Shown here: piece by piece, positions 62,351 through 64,000 of the stretch
Layout: every line of letters starts with the position of its first letter
How positions within the stretch are numbered: position 1 is the first letter of the stretch
NCBI GenBank assembly: GCA_013265495.1
Contig: MU058213.1
Span: forward strand, 2,108,001-2,172,000
DNA length: 64,000 bases
Source: Vicugna vicugna
Lineage: Eukaryota
Reading direction: 5' to 3'
The notes under the pieces: model-generated
The model's database searches: none
What the model saw: the letters and a program-made list of their open reading frames with translations, nothing else
Told to the model about the DNA's origin: nothing
Made by a program: the position numbers and the translations under genes

Positions 62351-62673
62351 GGAGCAGATGTGATAATCCTATGTTCTTGCAGCTGTCCGCCTAGGTCTGG
62401 CCATGATGTTCCTGTAGACCTCCAATAAGATAAATGTTATTTTCTGTTCTGCAGCTTTTTAATCTCTATATGAATGAAAAGTGTTTTGGCTTTAAAGGTC
62501 AAGCCTGGGAGGCAGATTGCTGAGAAAGGGCTATTATGTATACTTTAGGCTCCAGGCAACATTCTTCTAGACAAAGGCGCAGGGCCAGAATGACTAGGCA
62601 TAGGCAGCAGAGCACAGAGGTTACAGCTAAAGGAATAGATCCAGTATGGCATCATGTTTGTTCTTCTCTGTGC
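62351..62673 (-). mobile_element. Partial ERV1-class LTR fused to the L1 5' breakpoint
   Basis: gatgttcctgtagacctccaa..ttattttctgttctgca..aaagggcta..aaaggaatagatccagtatgg..tttgttcttc; only one LTR terminus present. Confidence 0.7.
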
Positions 62674-63148
62674 ATGTTTTGAGAATTGGGGTTACATCTC
62701 TAGAATAAGAACCACATCCAACTTGGACAGCTTTACAGATACATCATAATGATCTTTCACCCCAAAAGCTAACTCAAAATTTCAGATGGATTCAGCCTCA
62801 AAGTTCCACATGACTGACAGAATTCTTTGTCTCCTCCTTTCTTTCACTGCCAAGATCAGCATGCCTGTGCTCACTGTGTTGTTGCTTTTTCACTTGATTT
62901 TTCAGCCTTTGTGCTGCCTTTCAGAGACAGAGCTCATACTCCAAGGGAAATGAGAATGCCTCTAATGCAGATGCCTCTACTTACTGATGAGGAAATGGAG
63001 TTCTTACCTTGCCTGCTCTTTTGATGAGTTATGGTGAGACTCCAGCTCTTTGATTCCCATCACTGGCTCCTCCTGTTTCCCTGCCTCCTGTCTTTCTTAT
63101 TCTTGCTCTTGTTCGTGCTGGTGGCCTCTTTGGTTAGCCCTCACTATT

Positions 63149-63556
63149 TTTTTTTAATTATACTATAGTCAGTTTACAATGTTGTGTCAATTCCTGGTGT
63201 ACAGCGTAATGTTTCAGTCATACACGTACATAGATATATTTGTTTTCATATTCTTTTTCATTATACGTTACTACAAGATATTGAATATAGTTCCCTGTGC
63301 TTTACAGAAGAAACTTGTTGGTTATCTGTTTTATATTTAGTAGTTAGTATCTGCAAATCCTGAACTCCTAATTATCCCTTCCCACCATCTTTCTCCCCTG
63401 GCAACCATAAGCTTGTTTTATGTGTCTGTGTGTCTGTTTCTGTTTTGTAAATAAGTTCATTTGTCTCATTTTTTTTTTAGATTCCACATATAAGCAATAT
63501 CATATAGTATTTTTCTTTCTCTTCCTGGCTTACTTCACTTCGTATGACAATCTCCA
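63149..63556 (-). mobile_element. L1 3' end with perfect 13-bp TSD
   Basis: AGCCCTCACTATT at 63136-63148 and 63557-63569. Confidence 0.95.
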
Positions 63557-64000
63557 AGCCCTCACTATTGATTTCGCACCCACACCTAGAAGCTTCCCCA
63601 GGTTTTGTGAGGCTGAGGGTGCTCTCTTTGGGTTTTGGGGCTCAAACAAAGGCTTTCTAACCCATTTTGATACATTAGTGTTTGCAGTGTTCCTTGAGAG
63701 ATTTTATGGCAATGTTTTGGGTATTAAAGTCTGACAACAGAAAACAGATCCAAGCTGCAATATTAAAGTAGAAACTCAATATGATACAGATGATCCATGT
63801 TGATCAGAGTGTATTTTACAGCCACATTTTTCATAAAGTGAATTTCCATTTACATTTTTTTCTGTGGACTTCATTACAAAATCTGAGCTGGGTATCACTG
63901 TGATAAAATTAAATCTAAAGAGCAAATCTTACGGATCACAATTTAGAAGAGGAAAAAAATTATGACATTTTAATAAATGTGGTGAAGTGGCTAGAAGACA

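Noticed and set aside
1..64000. ORF-track entries of 60-150 aa as genes
   Set aside because: Lengths are typical of chance ORFs, many use non-ATG starts or lie in repeats, and none resembles a host protein I know.

Overview
Mammalian genomic DNA, very probably camelid (alpaca/camel lineage), judged from two copies of a tRNA-derived SINE resembling camelid Vic-1 and from lineage-type L1 3' ends. The window is AT-rich, CpG-poor and largely old transposable-element debris (L1, L2, MIR, MaLR/ERVL/ERV1 LTRs, hAT MITEs), with one 620-N gap (51484-52103). I recognise no host protein-coding exon, RNA gene or pseudogene; the only ORF-track peptides I recognise are decayed L1/L2 ORF2 pieces. Younger L1 fragments are biased 10:1 to the minus strand, which suggests the window lies inside a very large intron of a plus-strand gene that I cannot name. 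The best signals are: (i) well-defined insertion anatomy (an L1 fragment apparently primed internally with a perfect 16-bp TSD, a 49-bp micro-L1 with a perfect 17-bp TSD, a solo ERV1 LTR with a 4-bp TSD, a MER5A with an intact 8-bp TSD, an inverted L1 pair); (ii) candidate regulatory elements (extended CTCF site at 5.4 kb, AP-1/MEF2/TATA cluster at 11.2 kb, CpG-enriched block at 37.6-39.4 kb, GC-box/NF-kB/FOX/E-box block at 57.5-58.1 kb, 13-bp-phased nuclear receptor half-sites at 59.1 kb); (iii) a few unverified exon-like segments. I found no convincing evidence for a new biological system. Repeat names are from recalled consensus sequences, not a database search, and boundaries are approximate unless a TSD is given.
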